DNA from: Macrostomum lignano
Lineage: Eukaryota
Assembly: GCA_002269645.1 (NCBI GenBank)
Contig: NIVC01000307.1
Coordinates: 124,001 to 188,000 of the forward strand
Direction: 5' to 3'
DNA: 64,000 nt
Shown here: piece by piece, positions 39,900 through 52,590 of the stretch
How the letters are laid out: each line of letters opens with the position of its first letter
Numbering within the stretch: position 1 is the stretch's first letter
The notes under the pieces: generated by a model
What the model was told of the DNA's origin: nothing
The model's input: only the letters and a program-made list of their open reading frames with translations
Databases searched by the model: none
Position numbers and translations under genes: made by a program

Positions 39900-40740
39900 A
39901 ATCAGTAACGTAGTGTCCATTGACTGCAATCACGCGCTGGTAGTGGTCCAGGGGCAGATCCACCTGGTCTCGGAGGGCACTTTCAGAGGTGTTCCGCAAC
40001 ACCTGCAATGAGGCCTCTTCAACCTCTTGACAGTTGTTGAAGGTCATGCCGCGGAGTGCGTTCTTTAGCTAGAGGAACAGAAATCGGTCACACAGGTTCA
40101 GATCGGAACTGTAGGGCTCTTCCAAATCGCGGTGACAGAGCGCTCTTGCAGGGGAAATCCCTAAAGAGTCCTGCAACATGCGGTCGAGCATTGTCCGTTT
40201 TTGCGAGCTGATCTTGCTCAGAGTACGTTACAGGTTTCCGGTTCGCCAGAGGTCAACTAGATCACGAGACGAGAGGTGGGGATCCTCGCAGACCATCTCC
40301 TTCACCTTCATCGCCAGCTCATCTGTCCTTTAGCTCCTTGACCGGCCAGGTCGGTCACCATCGCCGAGCACTTCCCGCGTCCCGTCATTGACGTCTTTCA
40401 TCCAGCGCTGTATGGTTCTCAAGGATGGAACAGCATCGCCCCAAGCAGCTACCAGATCTTGGTGGACTTTGGTGGCTGAGTCACCGAGTTTTAGGCGAGT
40501 AGCCTTGTAAAATTGAGAATGCGTCTTGTCGGGCTTCATGCTTCGACTGCGCTTTTCCTAACTCCTCGCATGCCATATAGACACTAACGGATTTTGGGCA
40601 TGACTTACTTTGGAGTCTAAGTGAGTTTTTATCATACGACAATGAAAATTCTGTCCTGAAAGTGGTTCATTAATAGATTAATTAAGTAGCAAGTGAAAGT
40701 ATTATGTTTGAAGATTTTTCTAAATCGGCCCGTCTAATAC
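39900..40740 (-). mobile_element. Decayed, internally deleted mariner transposon
   Basis: N-terminal HTH ORF at 40539-40330. DNARPH near 40180-40197 and PYSSDLNLCDRFLF near 40075-40113 on the minus strand, with stops. Ends approximate. Confidence 0.75.
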
Positions 40741-41023
40741 TAATCTATTAGATAATAATTCTGTCCTAAAAGTGGTTCATTTTCTGAGATGAAAGCATCA
40801 TGTTTGAAGATATTCGAGCTAAGTGGACCCCAATTTAGCGATTTCTTTTTGGATAAAAAAGTAGAATTAATGCGATTACGAGCGTATAAAGGATGTGGAA
40901 ATTTTTGTCGTAAGAGCTCTCATGACGACAACTTACTTTACAGGCACTCACTTTATTTGCTTCATTTGCCACCCTAATAACTCTGATTAAAGCGTATCTC
41001 AGCTGGGCTTTCACACACCTATC

Positions 41024-42810
41024 TATCTCACCCTGATCTCTCCTCACCCTCATTGATCTCTCCTCACACTCCCTGATCTCTCCTCACACTCCCTGATCTC
41101 TCCTCACTCTCCCTGATCTCTCCTCACTCTCCCTGATCTCTCCTCATACTACCTGATCTCTCCTCATACTACCTGATCTCTCCCCACCCTCCCTAATCTC
41201 TCCCCACCCTCCCTGATCTCTCCTCAACCTCCCTGATCTCTCCTCACACTCCCTGATCTCTCCTCACACTCCTTGATCTCTCCTCACTCTCCCTGATCTC
41301 TCCTCACTCTCCCTGATCTCTCCCCACCCTCCCTGATCTCTCCTCATACTCTCTGATCTCTCCTCACTCTCCCTGATCTCTCCTCATACTCCCTGATCTC
41401 TTCTCACACTCCCTGATCTCTCCTCACACTCCCTGATCTCTCCTCACCCTCCCTGATCTCTCCTCACCCTCCCTGATCTCTCCCCACCCTCCCTGATCTC
41501 TCCCCACCCTCCCTGATCCCTCCCCACCCTCCCTGATCTCTCCCCACCCTCCCTGATCCCTCCTCACACTCCCCTGATCTCTCCCCACCCTCCCTGATCT
41601 CTCCCCACCCTCCCTGATCTCTCCCCACCCTCCCTGATCTCTCCCACCCTCCCTGATCCCTCCTCACACTCCCCTGATCTCTCCCCACCCTCCCTGATCT
41701 CTCCCCACCCTCCCTGATCTCTCCCCACCCTCCCTGATCCCTCCTCACACTCCCTGATCTCTCCCCACTCTCCCTGATCTCTCCTCACTCTCCCTGATCT
41801 CTCCTCATACTACCTGATCGCTCCCCACCCTCCCTAATCTCTCCCCACCCTCCCTGATCTCTCCCCACCCTCCCTGATCTCTCCTCAACCTCCCTGATCT
41901 CTCCTCACACTCCCTGATCTCTCCTCACACTCCTTGATCTCTCCTCACTCTCCCTGATCTCTCCTCACTCTCCCTGATCTCTCCCCACCCTCCCTGATCT
42001 CTCCTCATACTCCCTGATCTCTCCTCACTCTCCCTGATCTCTCCTCACTCTCCCTGATCTCTCCCCACCCTCCCTGATCTCTCCTCATACTCCCTGATCT
42101 CTTCTCACACTCCCTGATCTCTCCTCACACTCCCTGATCTCTCCTCACCCTCCCTGATCTCTCCCCACCCTCCCTGATCCCTCCCCACCCTCCCTGATCT
42201 CTCCCCACCCTCCCTGATCCCTCCTCACACTCCCCTGATCTCTCCCACCCTCCCTGATCTCTCCCCACCCTCCCTGATCTCTCCCCACCCTCCCTGATCC
42301 CTCCTCACACTCCCCTGATCTCTCCCCACCCTCCCTGATCTCTCCCACCCTCCCTGATCTCTCCTCATACTCCCTGATCTCTTCTCACACTCCCTGATCT
42401 CTCCTCACACTCCCTGATCTCTCCTCACCCTCCCTGATCTCTCCCCACCCTCCCTGATCTCTCCCCACCCTCCCTGATCCCTCCCCACCCTCCCTGATCT
42501 CTCCCCACCCTCCCTGATCCCTCCTCACACTCCCCTGATCTCTCCCCACCCTCCCTGATCTCTCCCCACCCTCCCTGATCTCTCCCCACCCTCCCTGATC
42601 CCTCCTCACACTCCCCTGATCTCTCCCCACCCTCCCTGATCTCTCCCCACCCTCCCTGATCCCTCCTCACACTCCCCTGATCTCTCCCCACCCTCCCTGA
42701 TCTCTCCCTACCCTCCCTGATCTCTCCCCACCCTCCCTGATCTCTCCCCACTCTCCCTGATCTCTCCTCACTCTCCCTGATCTCTCATCACACTCATCTG
42801 ATCTCTCCTC
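41024..42810 (+). repeat. 20-bp pyrimidine-rich minisatellite (ctccctgatctctcc(t/c)cac(a/c))
   Basis: About 85-90 copies, direct reading. Confidence 0.97.
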
Positions 42811-43556
42811 ACACCCACTAAGCTGGGACGACACTGATATTTTCTCTCCTGATCTCTCACAGGCCTTTATCTATCCTCACACTCTAATGACCTTTTCTCA
42901 CACTCTATAACCTCATGTCTTCAATATCTCCTCAAACCTCTTCAGTATACCCTTTCGTCTATGAAATCTAATAGCTAGCACAAAATTAATATTTTATATT
43001 TAATGATGACAGGCTTGTTGTTCAGCAGCCTACAGAAACTTCTCATCGTATAAAATTTCTGCGTGTCCCCAGGAATATAGTTTCATGTTTAAGTTTGTAC
43101 TTTGTAGATGTATTTATTTGAATAGGAAATTACCAACTATCCCCAGATATATTTTTGTGCAGCCTTCAATATCAAAGCGTTTAGACGAGAGAGAGAAAGT
43201 GAAAGGCAAGAAGGGTTCTACTCTGTAAAAAAATAAAAAGCGTTTAGATTGTTTCATTCATCTCCTCCAAAAAGGACTGTCTTTCAGTCGCATCTGTTCA
43301 GCTTAAAATTCCTATAATAGCCGAGGCAGGCGCTTATCATTAATTGAGGACACTCTCGCCAACCCTCGCTAAGCGTAAAATTGATAGATTAACAGAGCCT
43401 AGTTTTACTTAAATTCCTGTTCGAGTGGGTAAAAATGTAAGCATGCTAATATTATAATTGGGCCTAAAAGTAGGCAATTTAATCGTTAGTGGAAGAAAAA
43501 AAAAAGCTGAAGACTTGCTTTTAGTTTATGTTACTTGCTACTGTTTATGTCTGGCA

Positions 43557-44181
43557 CTGGTAGATTGTGTATCATGCTATTTGGTTTGCACAATGGTAGA
43601 TTGTGAATCATGCTATTGAATTTAGACAATGGTAGATTGTGTATCATGCTATTGGGTTTGCACAATGGTAGATTGTGTATCATGCTATTGGGTTTGCACA
43701 ATGGTAGATTGTGTATCATGCTATTGGGTTTGCACAATGGTAGATTGTGTATCATGCTATTTGGTTTGCACAATGGTAGATTGTGTATCATGCTATTGAA
43801 TTTAGACAATGGTAGATTGTGTATCATGCTATTGGTTTGCACAATGGTAGATTGTGTATCATGCTATTTGGTTTGCACAATGGTAGATTGTGTATCATGC
43901 TATTTGGTTTGCACAATGGTAGATTGTGTATCATGCTATTTGGTTTGCACAATGGTAGATTGTGTATCATGCTATTTGGTTTGCACAATGGTAGATTGTG
44001 TATCATGCTATTTGGTTTGCACAATGGTAGATTTTGTATCATGCTATTGGGTTTGCACAATGATAGATTGTGTATCATGCTATTTGGTTTGCACAATGAT
44101 AGATTGTGTATCGTGCTATTGGGTTTGCACAATGATAGATTGTGTATCATGCTATTAGATTTAGACAATGGTAGATTGTGT
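43557..44181 (+). repeat. 36-bp minisatellite (tggtagattgtgtatcatgctatttggtttgcacaa), ~17 copies
   Basis: Direct reading; ends about 40-70 nt before the Ig paralog B start. Confidence 0.96.
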
Positions 44182-44220
44182 CATTAGACATTTTGAAAGT
44201 ACCTTTAACTTTTTTCATTC

Positions 44221-44991
44221 ATGTCCACAACGATGCTCCAAAGCAATTCAGTGTTCCTGCTTTTCCTGTTGCTGCTATTTTCAACGCCTCAGCAGACAGT
44301 TGCCAGCGAGCCAGATGAAGAGACTCCGCCTCTGGCTGCCGAACCGTACCAGCAGTCCCTATTAGTGGGTAGCAACACCACAGTTAGCTGTCATCTGTCA
44401 CCGGAACTGGCCACTAATTACTCCGTTGCTGAGCTGGCCTGGTACTTTCCCAATGGCAGCCAGATTGATAATTGGGCCTGGTCCCATGCTAATATCAGTG
44501 CAGTGAATGGCACCATGTCGGCTATTCACCTGGCTGTTGAGGACTCAGGAGATTATGTCTGCTCAGTGCCTGATCGGCGGTACAACGCTAGCACTACTCT
44601 GCAGGTGTACAACATGCCGTCTTATCTGACACAGATTGCTGTAGTGTACGCCGTGGATGGTGTACTGTTGTTCATATTCCTGGCGCTGGGCTTGCATTCT
44701 CTGCTGCTGTCACGGCGTACCAGCATCAGCACTGCACCGGATGCTTCTGCTGGCAAGTTCTCTGCAGCAGCTGGCAGGCAACAGCAGCCCCACCAGCAGA
44801 TTCGGCACAGTCGCCAGCCAAGTCGGGCAGTCTCTGAGAGCGCCGGAGCTTCAACCGGCGCCGCCGCCACCGCCGGAGCAGCAGCCGACGATGTCGATGA
44901 CAATGAGGAAGCTTTATCGACATCTCTAAGCGGCCTGAAGTCGCATCGGCACCACAGCACCCTGCCGAAACCGTCAGCGGCGGATGACTGA
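44221..44991 (+). CDS. Single-Ig type I membrane glycoprotein paralog B (256 aa from the first ATG; the ATG at 44233 is also possible)
   Basis: Signal peptide; Ig motifs VSC, AWYFPNG, DSGDYVC; six N-x-S/T sequons; TM IAVVYAVDGVLLFIFLALGLHSLLL; low-complexity cytoplasmic tail. Intronless. Confidence 0.85.
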   Translation: MSTTMLQSNSVFLLFLLLLFSTPQQTVASEPDEETPPLAAEPYQQSLLVGSNTTVSCHLSPELATNYSVAELAWYFPNGSQIDNWAWSHANISAVNGTMSAIHLAVEDSGDYVCSVPDRRYNASTTLQVYNMPSYLTQIAVVYAVDGVLLFIFLALGLHSLLLSRRTSISTAPDASAGKFSAAAGRQQQPHQQIRHSRQPSRAVSESAGASTGAAATAGAAADDVDDNEEALSTSLSGLKSHRHHSTLPKPSAADD

Positions 44992-45167
44992 CGACCTGAC
45001 CTTGACCATCGCTCACGGATGTCTTGGCAATGAGAAACTAAACTCTCCATTCATTTGATTCTTCACAGTCGTTTTGCCATTCTGTAATATCAATAAAAAA
45101 CAAACTAATGTTTTCTATTACTGTTAATTATTTATCCTAAGATAGGGAAACTGGCGTTCTCCCCGAT

Positions 45168-46152
45168 CACTGGGCCAGCCTTCCAGACCCTCAGTTGCTT
45201 TGCCAGCCTCCCAGTCCCAGATCCTCAGTTGCTTTGCCAGCCTCCCAGTCCCAGATCCTCAGTTGCTGGACCAGCTTCCCAGACCCTCAGTTGCTGGGCC
45301 AGAGTCCCAGATCCTCAGTTGCTGGGCCAGCCTCCCAGATCCTCAGTTGCTTTTCCAGCTTCCCAGATCCTCAGTTGCTGGACCAGCTTCCCAGACCCTC
45401 AGTTGCTGGGCCAGAGTCCCAGATCCTCAGTTGCTGGGCCAGCCTCCCAGATCCTCAGTTGCTTTTCCAGCTTCCCAGATCCTCAGTTTCTGGACCAGCT
45501 TCCCAGATCCTCAGTTGCTGGGCCAGCCTCCCAGATCCTCAGTTGCTTTTCCAGCTTCCCAGATCCTCAGTTGCTGGACCAGCCTCCCAGATCCTCAGTT
45601 GCTTTTCCAGCTTCCCAGATCCTCAGTTGCTGGGCCAGCCTCCCAGATCCTCAGTTGCTTTTCCAGCTTCCCAGATCCTCAGTTGCTGGACCAGCCTCCC
45701 AGATCCTCAGTTGCTTTTCCAGCTTCCCAGATCCTCAGTTGCTGGACCAGCCTCCCAGATCCTCAGTTTCTGGGCCAGCCTCCCAGATCCTCAGTTTCTG
45801 GGCCAGCCTCCCAGATCCTCAGTTTCTGGGCCAGCCTCCCAGATCCTCAGTTGCTGGGCCAGCCTCCCAGATCCTCAGTTTCTGGGCCAGCCTCCCAGAT
45901 CCTCAGTTGCTATGCCAGCCTCCCAGATCCTCAGTTGCTATGCCAGCCTCCCAGATCCTCAGTTGCTATGCCAGCCTCCCAGATCCTCAGTTGCTGGGCC
46001 AGCCTCCCAGATCCTCAGTTTCTGGGCCAGCCTCCCAGATCCTCAGTTGCTATGCCAGCCTCCCAGATCCTCAGTTGCTATGCCAGCCTCCCAGATCCTC
46101 AGTTGCTATGCCAGCCTCCCAGATCCTCAGTTGCTATGCCAGCCTCCCAGAT
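45168..46152 (+). repeat. 28-bp minisatellite (ccagcctcccagatcctcagttgctggg)
   Basis: About 34 copies with variant 3' ends (ggg, gga, ttt, atg). Confidence 0.96.
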
Positions 46153-46605
46153 CCTCAGTTGCTATGCCAGCCAAACTTTCGTTGTCGTTGAATTTTTAAT
46201 TGTGCATGCTGATTTTATAGTTAGGTCACATCAATTGCCTATTTTTAGCTTGTAATTTGTTTCTTATGGCCGCTTGTTCAAAACTCAATTCAAATATTTA
46301 TAGTTACTTTTTTACCCTGATCAGTCAATTTAATTTTTCAATAGTCAGTGTATGCTACTTTCAGTGGTGAAAGTGAAGGAAATAAATAAAAAGTGAAAAA
46401 ATGTTTAAAAGAATATTTTTCAATTTAAACTGCAATATATTGATTGATGGTCAATAAAAAATTCATTCATGATTTGCTTATGTATTACTTTATTGTAACG
46501 TCTTTGTGGGTGCGGGATGTTAATTGCTTTGGTACTTTAAATTTAAAAAATGTCTCGTAATGTCGTCATTGCGCGCTTTTGAAGCTTTTGAATCGCTCTT
46601 TACCC

Positions 46606-46930
46606 CAATTAAAGAATCGCCTTTCACTCAAATTAAGAATCGCCCTTCACTCAATTAAAGAATCGCCCTTCACTCAATTAAAGAATCGCCCTTCACTCAA
46701 TTAAAGGATCGCCCTTCACTCAATTAAAGAATCGCCCTTCACTCAATTAAAGAATCGCCCTTCACTCAATTAAAGAATCACCCTTCACTCAATTAAAGGA
46801 TCGCCCTTCACTCAATTAAAGAATCGCCCTTCACTCAATTAAAGAATCGTCCTTCACTCCCATTAAAGAATCGCCCGTCACCCCATAATCGCTTGGGAAT
46901 TATATACCCGTCTGCCCCATTAAAGAATCA
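46606..46930 (+). repeat. 23-bp minisatellite (aattaaagaatcgcccttcactc), ~12 copies
   Basis: Direct reading. Confidence 0.93.
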
Positions 46931-47003
46931 GCCCTTATCTTGCAGATCGCATTGAAAAACAGCCGTTATCAATCACGAGTATTAATGGTATTGCCAACAT
47001 TGT

Positions 47004-50000
47004 TCAGTTGTCCAGTAACAGTTCGAAGCTGACGTCTGTGTCAGCAATTGCGTAGAGCAGTTCCACGGGTAATCCAGATTCAAGAGTCAATCTCAGAGCG
47101 ATGGTGCTGTTTGCTGACAATTTTATACGCTCAGAGTGAATCGGCAGAGTAACTTTGCTGCCTGGGTGAAGTTTATCGAACACTCTTTTCTCAATTCTGC
47201 TTCTATTGAGCCTCAAGTCCAGGGTGACTTGCTGACCTGTGTTGGCGCTTTCCAATGACACCTGTATAGTTCGTGGGGTGGCAATTAATGAGTTTAAATG
47301 AGGGTCGGAGGGTTACCATTCAAAAACTTCCTATCGTAATTTGCATGATTTTCGAGTGTAGACTAAGAATTAAGAATTCTACTTTGGTTGTCCATGGAGT
47401 CGTATATACAACAAGCGCTAGAACTTCTTTGTCGAAGCCCCTCTCATTTCTCGTACTCCCTTCGTTAAAGTCGTACTGCAGAGCTCAAAATGAGTAAGTA
47501 TGTGTCTCGAAGGGAGTAAATACAAGAAATGAGTTGTTTGTTAGCAATCCTGGCGCGCTATACTACTTACATGGAATAATTGGTCAGTTTATCACTGGTG
47601 AGTTGATAGACATCTTTCATTGATTGAGTCTAGTCTTGGCGGGTTTTCATCGGTAAATCAGTATTTTGTTTCTTTCTGCTTTCGGGTGTAATTGTTTTGC
47701 AGTGAGCACAGGTACTCGAATAACACAGGGTGTGTCACTTGCGATTTAAGTTGGAAGAAAGTTGAGCGTCTACTCTTTTTTCAGTAGTTAGTCTGCGCAG
47801 TGTCACTTAAATCTAAAATGGCAGTTAAAATTTATTTTCCTTCCTCGGGGTTTGCGGCCTCAGGGAGCATATGGGGTTAAAGATGGACCAACAAGAATTG
47901 AACTCGATGTACACAAGTGAACGTACGACAGACAGAACTCAGCCTAGGGGGGAGCAGGCCCAATCTACATGTAGCTCAACCAATAAGAGAGCAGTAAGGA
48001 GAGAGGGACAAAGTCAGACCGGACGAAACCCAGCATAGGGGGCAGGCCCAATCTAGCTCAGCCAATGAGAGAGTAGTAAGGAGAGAGAGCTAGGGTCAAA
48101 GTCAGACCAGACGAAACCCAGCCTAGGGGGCAGGCCCAATCTAGCTCAGCCAATGAGAGAGCAGTAAAGAGAGAGAGAGGGTCCAAAGTCAGACCGGACG
48201 AAACCCAGCCTAGGGGGCAGGCCCAATCTAGCTCAACCAATGAGAGAGCAGTAAGGAGAGTCGTCACAGTCAGACACAAGCGGGCAAGAGGAAAGCCAAA
48301 CTATTTATCGGCCTGGCTGGGGGCTGGGGGCACCACCCCTTTTCTCTCTTGCTCGCTATGCAGACGCAATGGTTTAGGCCGTTATCAAGTTTTCATGAAA
48401 TTTTCTACCTCAAATTTCTTATTGTTTTTTTGAAGCTTCAAAAACGTAAAATGTAAATTATTTTATTTCGCTTGCAGAAAGACAGAAATGCAACTTTAGC
48501 TACTAAAAAAGAGTTGATGAACGCATCTTTGCGAGTGACATCTGTAGCTAGCAGTGGCCTAATACAGGTTCTGTTTATTCTATAACGAATTTTCATTCAA
48601 AGGTTTATATTTATATTTGTTGGTTGTCATTTTTGGTTGTCATTTGGTTGTAATAATATGCTTGGAACATACTTAGGGGTACAGCGTCTCACCTGGGCAT
48701 TGATTTTGACTCTTCCTGGGCGTTTAAAAACAAACTCATTGCCGATTGTCTGCACTTGCTCGCATTGATGGTTTACTTTGCAAGTGAATGGTCCCAGGTT
48801 CTGTGCATCTGAAAGTACAATAACAGTTTGGTCTTGTTGATTGGTATGCTGAAACTCAAAACGGGGTCCAGAGTGAGGGTTGTAGCCTAGTAGTTAGAGC
48901 AAGACTTAAGACTCACTCGGAACAATTTTTCCCAATTGAGCAAGTTAAGCAAAAGACACTTCACTCTGCATTGCTTCAGTTCACCCAGCTGTAAAATGGG
49001 TGCCAGCATTAGCTGAGGTAATTGAGGGTGTGTGGCGACCCCCCAGTCCTTGGACTGAACAGCCGTACGCAGCCTTCAGATGCGCCGCGCAATAACTGCG
49101 GCTGAGCTGTCGGTTGCGCATCTACCCATTGGGGCAGGTGTAATAAAAATACTAAGGGTAATGCACTTTCGGTCGCTCTACGTTGTTCAAAAGTCCGCTA
49201 TAATTTATGTATTACTGCTAGAGAAAAATCGTTAAAAATCCCATGACTTTTCCACCAGCACATACCAAATACGAGCGTATGAAAATGGAGGATGTCGAAA
49301 AATCACATTTTTAAGCAAGTAAAATAAAGTACAAACTTTCAAAGCTAAAATAGTATTTATAACTACACTGTTTGAAAAATAACAAAAAACCCAAAATCTC
49401 TTTTTAAAAAACTGACTCAAGAAACGCTAAAAACCTTTGTTATATCACTTATATGCAAGCGATTAATTTATTGATATTTGTTATTTTTAATCATTTTCAA
49501 AGTGCGATTTTTTCGTTTCACGGGGATTTTTTTGGACTTTTCAGGAACGAAGATTAGTTATGGATAGTTAGAGTAGACCTTTGAGAAAAAGGGCGAAAAG
49601 GAGACAAAAAACCTATGCTACCAAGCTTGAGCCATACTCACAGAAACCATTACTCACGGCCATTGGCGCCCGGCAGTATAAAAGTTGGTCTTTTGCCATG
49701 CCTGCAGTTGGTTTCTTTATTGTCCGAGCAAACGACAATTCGTTTAGGATCAAGGACCATCGAGAAGTAGATTGTTGGCCGCTGAAATGCGCATTATACA
49801 CGCTTTTCTATTGTTATTGTTACTTAAAGTAGTTAAAAAGTATAACGAGTCTTACAGTTGTGCTACGAGTAGAGGAAATCTTCGATCCAGTCGCAGCTGT
49901 GGTGATGGCTGCTGCTGCTGGACTTCTTCGGCTCACGGCGCTGACAAAGTTTGGCGCAGGTGTTGTAGAAATCTTGTCGTCAGTTTCTTGACAGAGCTTG

Positions 50001-50272
50001 TAGAGGATGGCAGCTAAAAGCGCAATCCCAAGCAGTGCGCAAATCATATAGAAGATACTTTTACAGTTGCATTGTTGGCTTGTTGCCAGTTTAATGTTCT
50101 CTTGCTGCTCCTGATTCCGAGGCTTCCCGTTTAATGGAGCTTGTTCGCTTGGGTCTTCCTCAGTCTTCTCTGGAGTTTTAGGGACTGTTGAAAGCTCCTG
50201 CTGATTTGGCGAATCGTCTTCTACAGAGGACCTTTGGGATGAAATAGGATTAGACATTCCGCTAGTTGTCAT
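47004..50272 (-). CDS. Type II membrane protein with a divergent TNF/C1q-like C-terminal domain (TNF-like gene 2, ~304 aa)
   Basis: Exons 50272-49856, 49781-49658, 48808-48693 and 47261-47004 with canonical GT..AG and phases 0,1,0. TM IFYMICALLGIALLAAILY. Shares FSMVLD..IVVC, LGP..C and G..KINAQ|VSL with TNF-like gene 1. Start codon uncertain. Confidence 0.75.
47935..48260 (+). repeat. ~80-90-bp tandem repeat, ~4 copies, in intron 3 of TNF-like gene 2
   Basis: Recurrent gtcagaccggacgaaacccagcctagggggcaggcccaatctagctcagccaatgagaga. Confidence 0.85.
48876..49150 (+). mobile_element. Probable tRNA-derived SINE
   Basis: Head gggttgtagcctagtagttagagc resembles a tRNA A-box region. Central cttcagttcacccagctgtaaaatgggtgcc resembles conserved central domains of metazoan SINE superfamilies. 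A-rich end. No clear B-box or TSD. Confidence 0.45.
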
Positions 50273-50872
50273 GCAACTGCTCAAGTAAGACTCGTTTCTT
50301 AGTTTACTTTTTAAAAAACTATAGCTGCTCTTTAAGCGTTTGCGTTGGTTCCATATTATAGTCTGCTTTTCTGTGCTTTTAACTTTTATTTCAACTGCTT
50401 TAGTGGCATGCTCAACGCCCACTCATTTTCTTACCTTCTCGCCTCAACCCCAACCCTCTATCCAGCGGAAAGTACGCACCTTTAACCTGTGCTTATTATT
50501 TAGAACCTTGTTCCCTGCGCACACAGCCAAAGTTCCCCTTTTCTATCAAATTTCGCTGATTGGACAGTGTTACGAGAATTTCATTAGCTTTGTCTGCGAC
50601 TTGCCAGATTGTAGCGAGTGCATTGACATGAGCTCAGTCATATGCCGGTATACAGAGAGAGCTGATCGCCTGTGGTTTTACTCTTTTAATGCATTCTGTA
50701 ATGCTGTAATTTCAATGAAAACTGTAGCGCCATAACTGACAACACATACTGACATGGTGCCAATGTCGGAGCTAAGATGGCACCATTTAGTTGCGACTCT
50801 CAATGGCGCCGGAACTGACGCTTCATGCTGCGCCAAAATTGACAGTTCCTCTAGCAGCGTTAAAATTTTTAC

Positions 50873-51715
50873 ACTCCCGTACAGTAGCGCTGAAACTGAC
50901 ACTCCAATGACGCAAAATTCACACTCCCAGTGGCGCCAAAACTGACACTCCAATGACGCAAAATTCACACTCCCAGTGGCGCCAAAACTGACACTCCAAT
51001 GACGCAAAATTCACACTTCCAGTGGCGCCAAAACTGACACTCCAATGACGCAAAATTCACACTCCCAGTGGCGCCAAAACTGACACTCCAATGACGCAAA
51101 ATTCACACTCCCAGTGGCGCCAAAACTGACACTCCAATGACGCAAAATTCACACTCCCAGTGGCGCCAAAACTGACACTCCAATGACGCAAAATTCACAC
51201 TCCCAGTGGCGCCAAAACTGACACTCCAATGACGCAAAATTCACACTCCCAGTGGCGCCAAAACTGACACTCCAATGACGCAAAATTCACACTCCCAGTG
51301 GCTCCAAAACTGACACTCCAATGACGCAAAATTCACACTCCCAGTGGCGCCAAAACTGACACTCTAATGACGCAAAATTCACACTCCCAGTGGCGCCAAA
51401 ACTGACACTCCCATATACAGTGGTCCTAAAACTGACACTCCCATATACAGTGGCGCCAAAACTGACACTTCCATATACAGTGGCGCCAAAACTGACACTT
51501 CCATATACAGTGGCGCCAAAACTGACACTTCCATATACAGTGGCGCCAAAACTGACACTTCCATATACAGTGGCGCCAAAACTGACACTTCCATATACAG
51601 TGGCGCCAAAACTGACACTACAGTGGCGCCAAAACTGACACTTCCATATACAGTGGCGCCAAAACTGACACTGCTATATGCAGTGGCGCCAAAACTGACA
51701 CTGCTATATACAGTG
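50873..51715 (+). repeat. Compound array: 46-bp unit (~50873-51385) grading into a 30-bp unit (~51386-51715), both built on cagtggcgccaaaactgacac
   Basis: Direct reading. Confidence 0.95.
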
Positions 51716-51904
51716 GGATTAAAATTGGCACTTATCAGCAAAGCTTTTGTCTCGAAATGATTTTGGCAACACTAAATTGGCCAAAACTTTGTACGTCTGT
51801 TATAGCTACTTAAAGTAGTCTGCAGTATGACTGCTTAGTAGGATAATTCGAGTAAATCTTTGTTGGAAACTTTAACTTTAGTGTTACAAGACTTTAAAGC
51901 TACA

Positions 51905-52590
51905 GATTTTAGCGCCCCAACTAAGATTTTAGCGCCACAAGCAAGATTTTAGCGTCACAAGCAAGATTTTAGCGCCACAAGCAAGATTTTAGCGCTACAA
52001 GCAAGATTTTAGCGCAAAAAGCAAGATTTTAGCGCCACAGACATTATTTTAGCGCCACAATCAAGATTTTAGCGCCGCAACTGAGATTTTAGCGCCACAA
52101 TCAAGATTTTAGCGCCACTAGCAAGACTTAGCGCCACAAGCCAGATTCTAGCGCCACAACTAAGATTTTAGCGCTACAAGCAAGATTTTAGCGCAAAAAG
52201 CAAGATTTTAGCGCCACAGACATTATTTTAGCGCCACAATCAAGATTTTAGCGCCGCAACTGAGATTTTAGCGCCACAATCAAGATTTTAGCGCCACTAG
52301 CAAGACTTAGCGCCACAAGCCAGATTCTAGCGCCACAACTAAGATTTTAGCGCCGCAACCAAGATTTTAGCGCCGCAGACATTATTTTAGCGCCACAATC
52401 AATATTTTAGCGCCGCAACTGAGATTTTAGCGCCACAGACAAGATTTCAGCGCCACAATCAAGATTTGAGCGCCACAATCAAGATTTTAGCGCCAGTAGC
52501 AAGACTTAGCGCCACAAGCCAGATTTTAGCGCCACAAACAAGATTTTAGCGCCACAAATAAGATTTTAGCGCCACAAGCAAGATTTTTAC
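51905..52590 (+). repeat. 20-bp minisatellite (gattttagcgccacaagcaa)
   Basis: About 34 copies with higher-order structure. Confidence 0.95.

Noticed and set aside
45195-46255. Three overlapping 320-351 aa ORFs
   Set aside because: A stop-free 28-bp unit cycles through all frames; this is a VNTR artefact.
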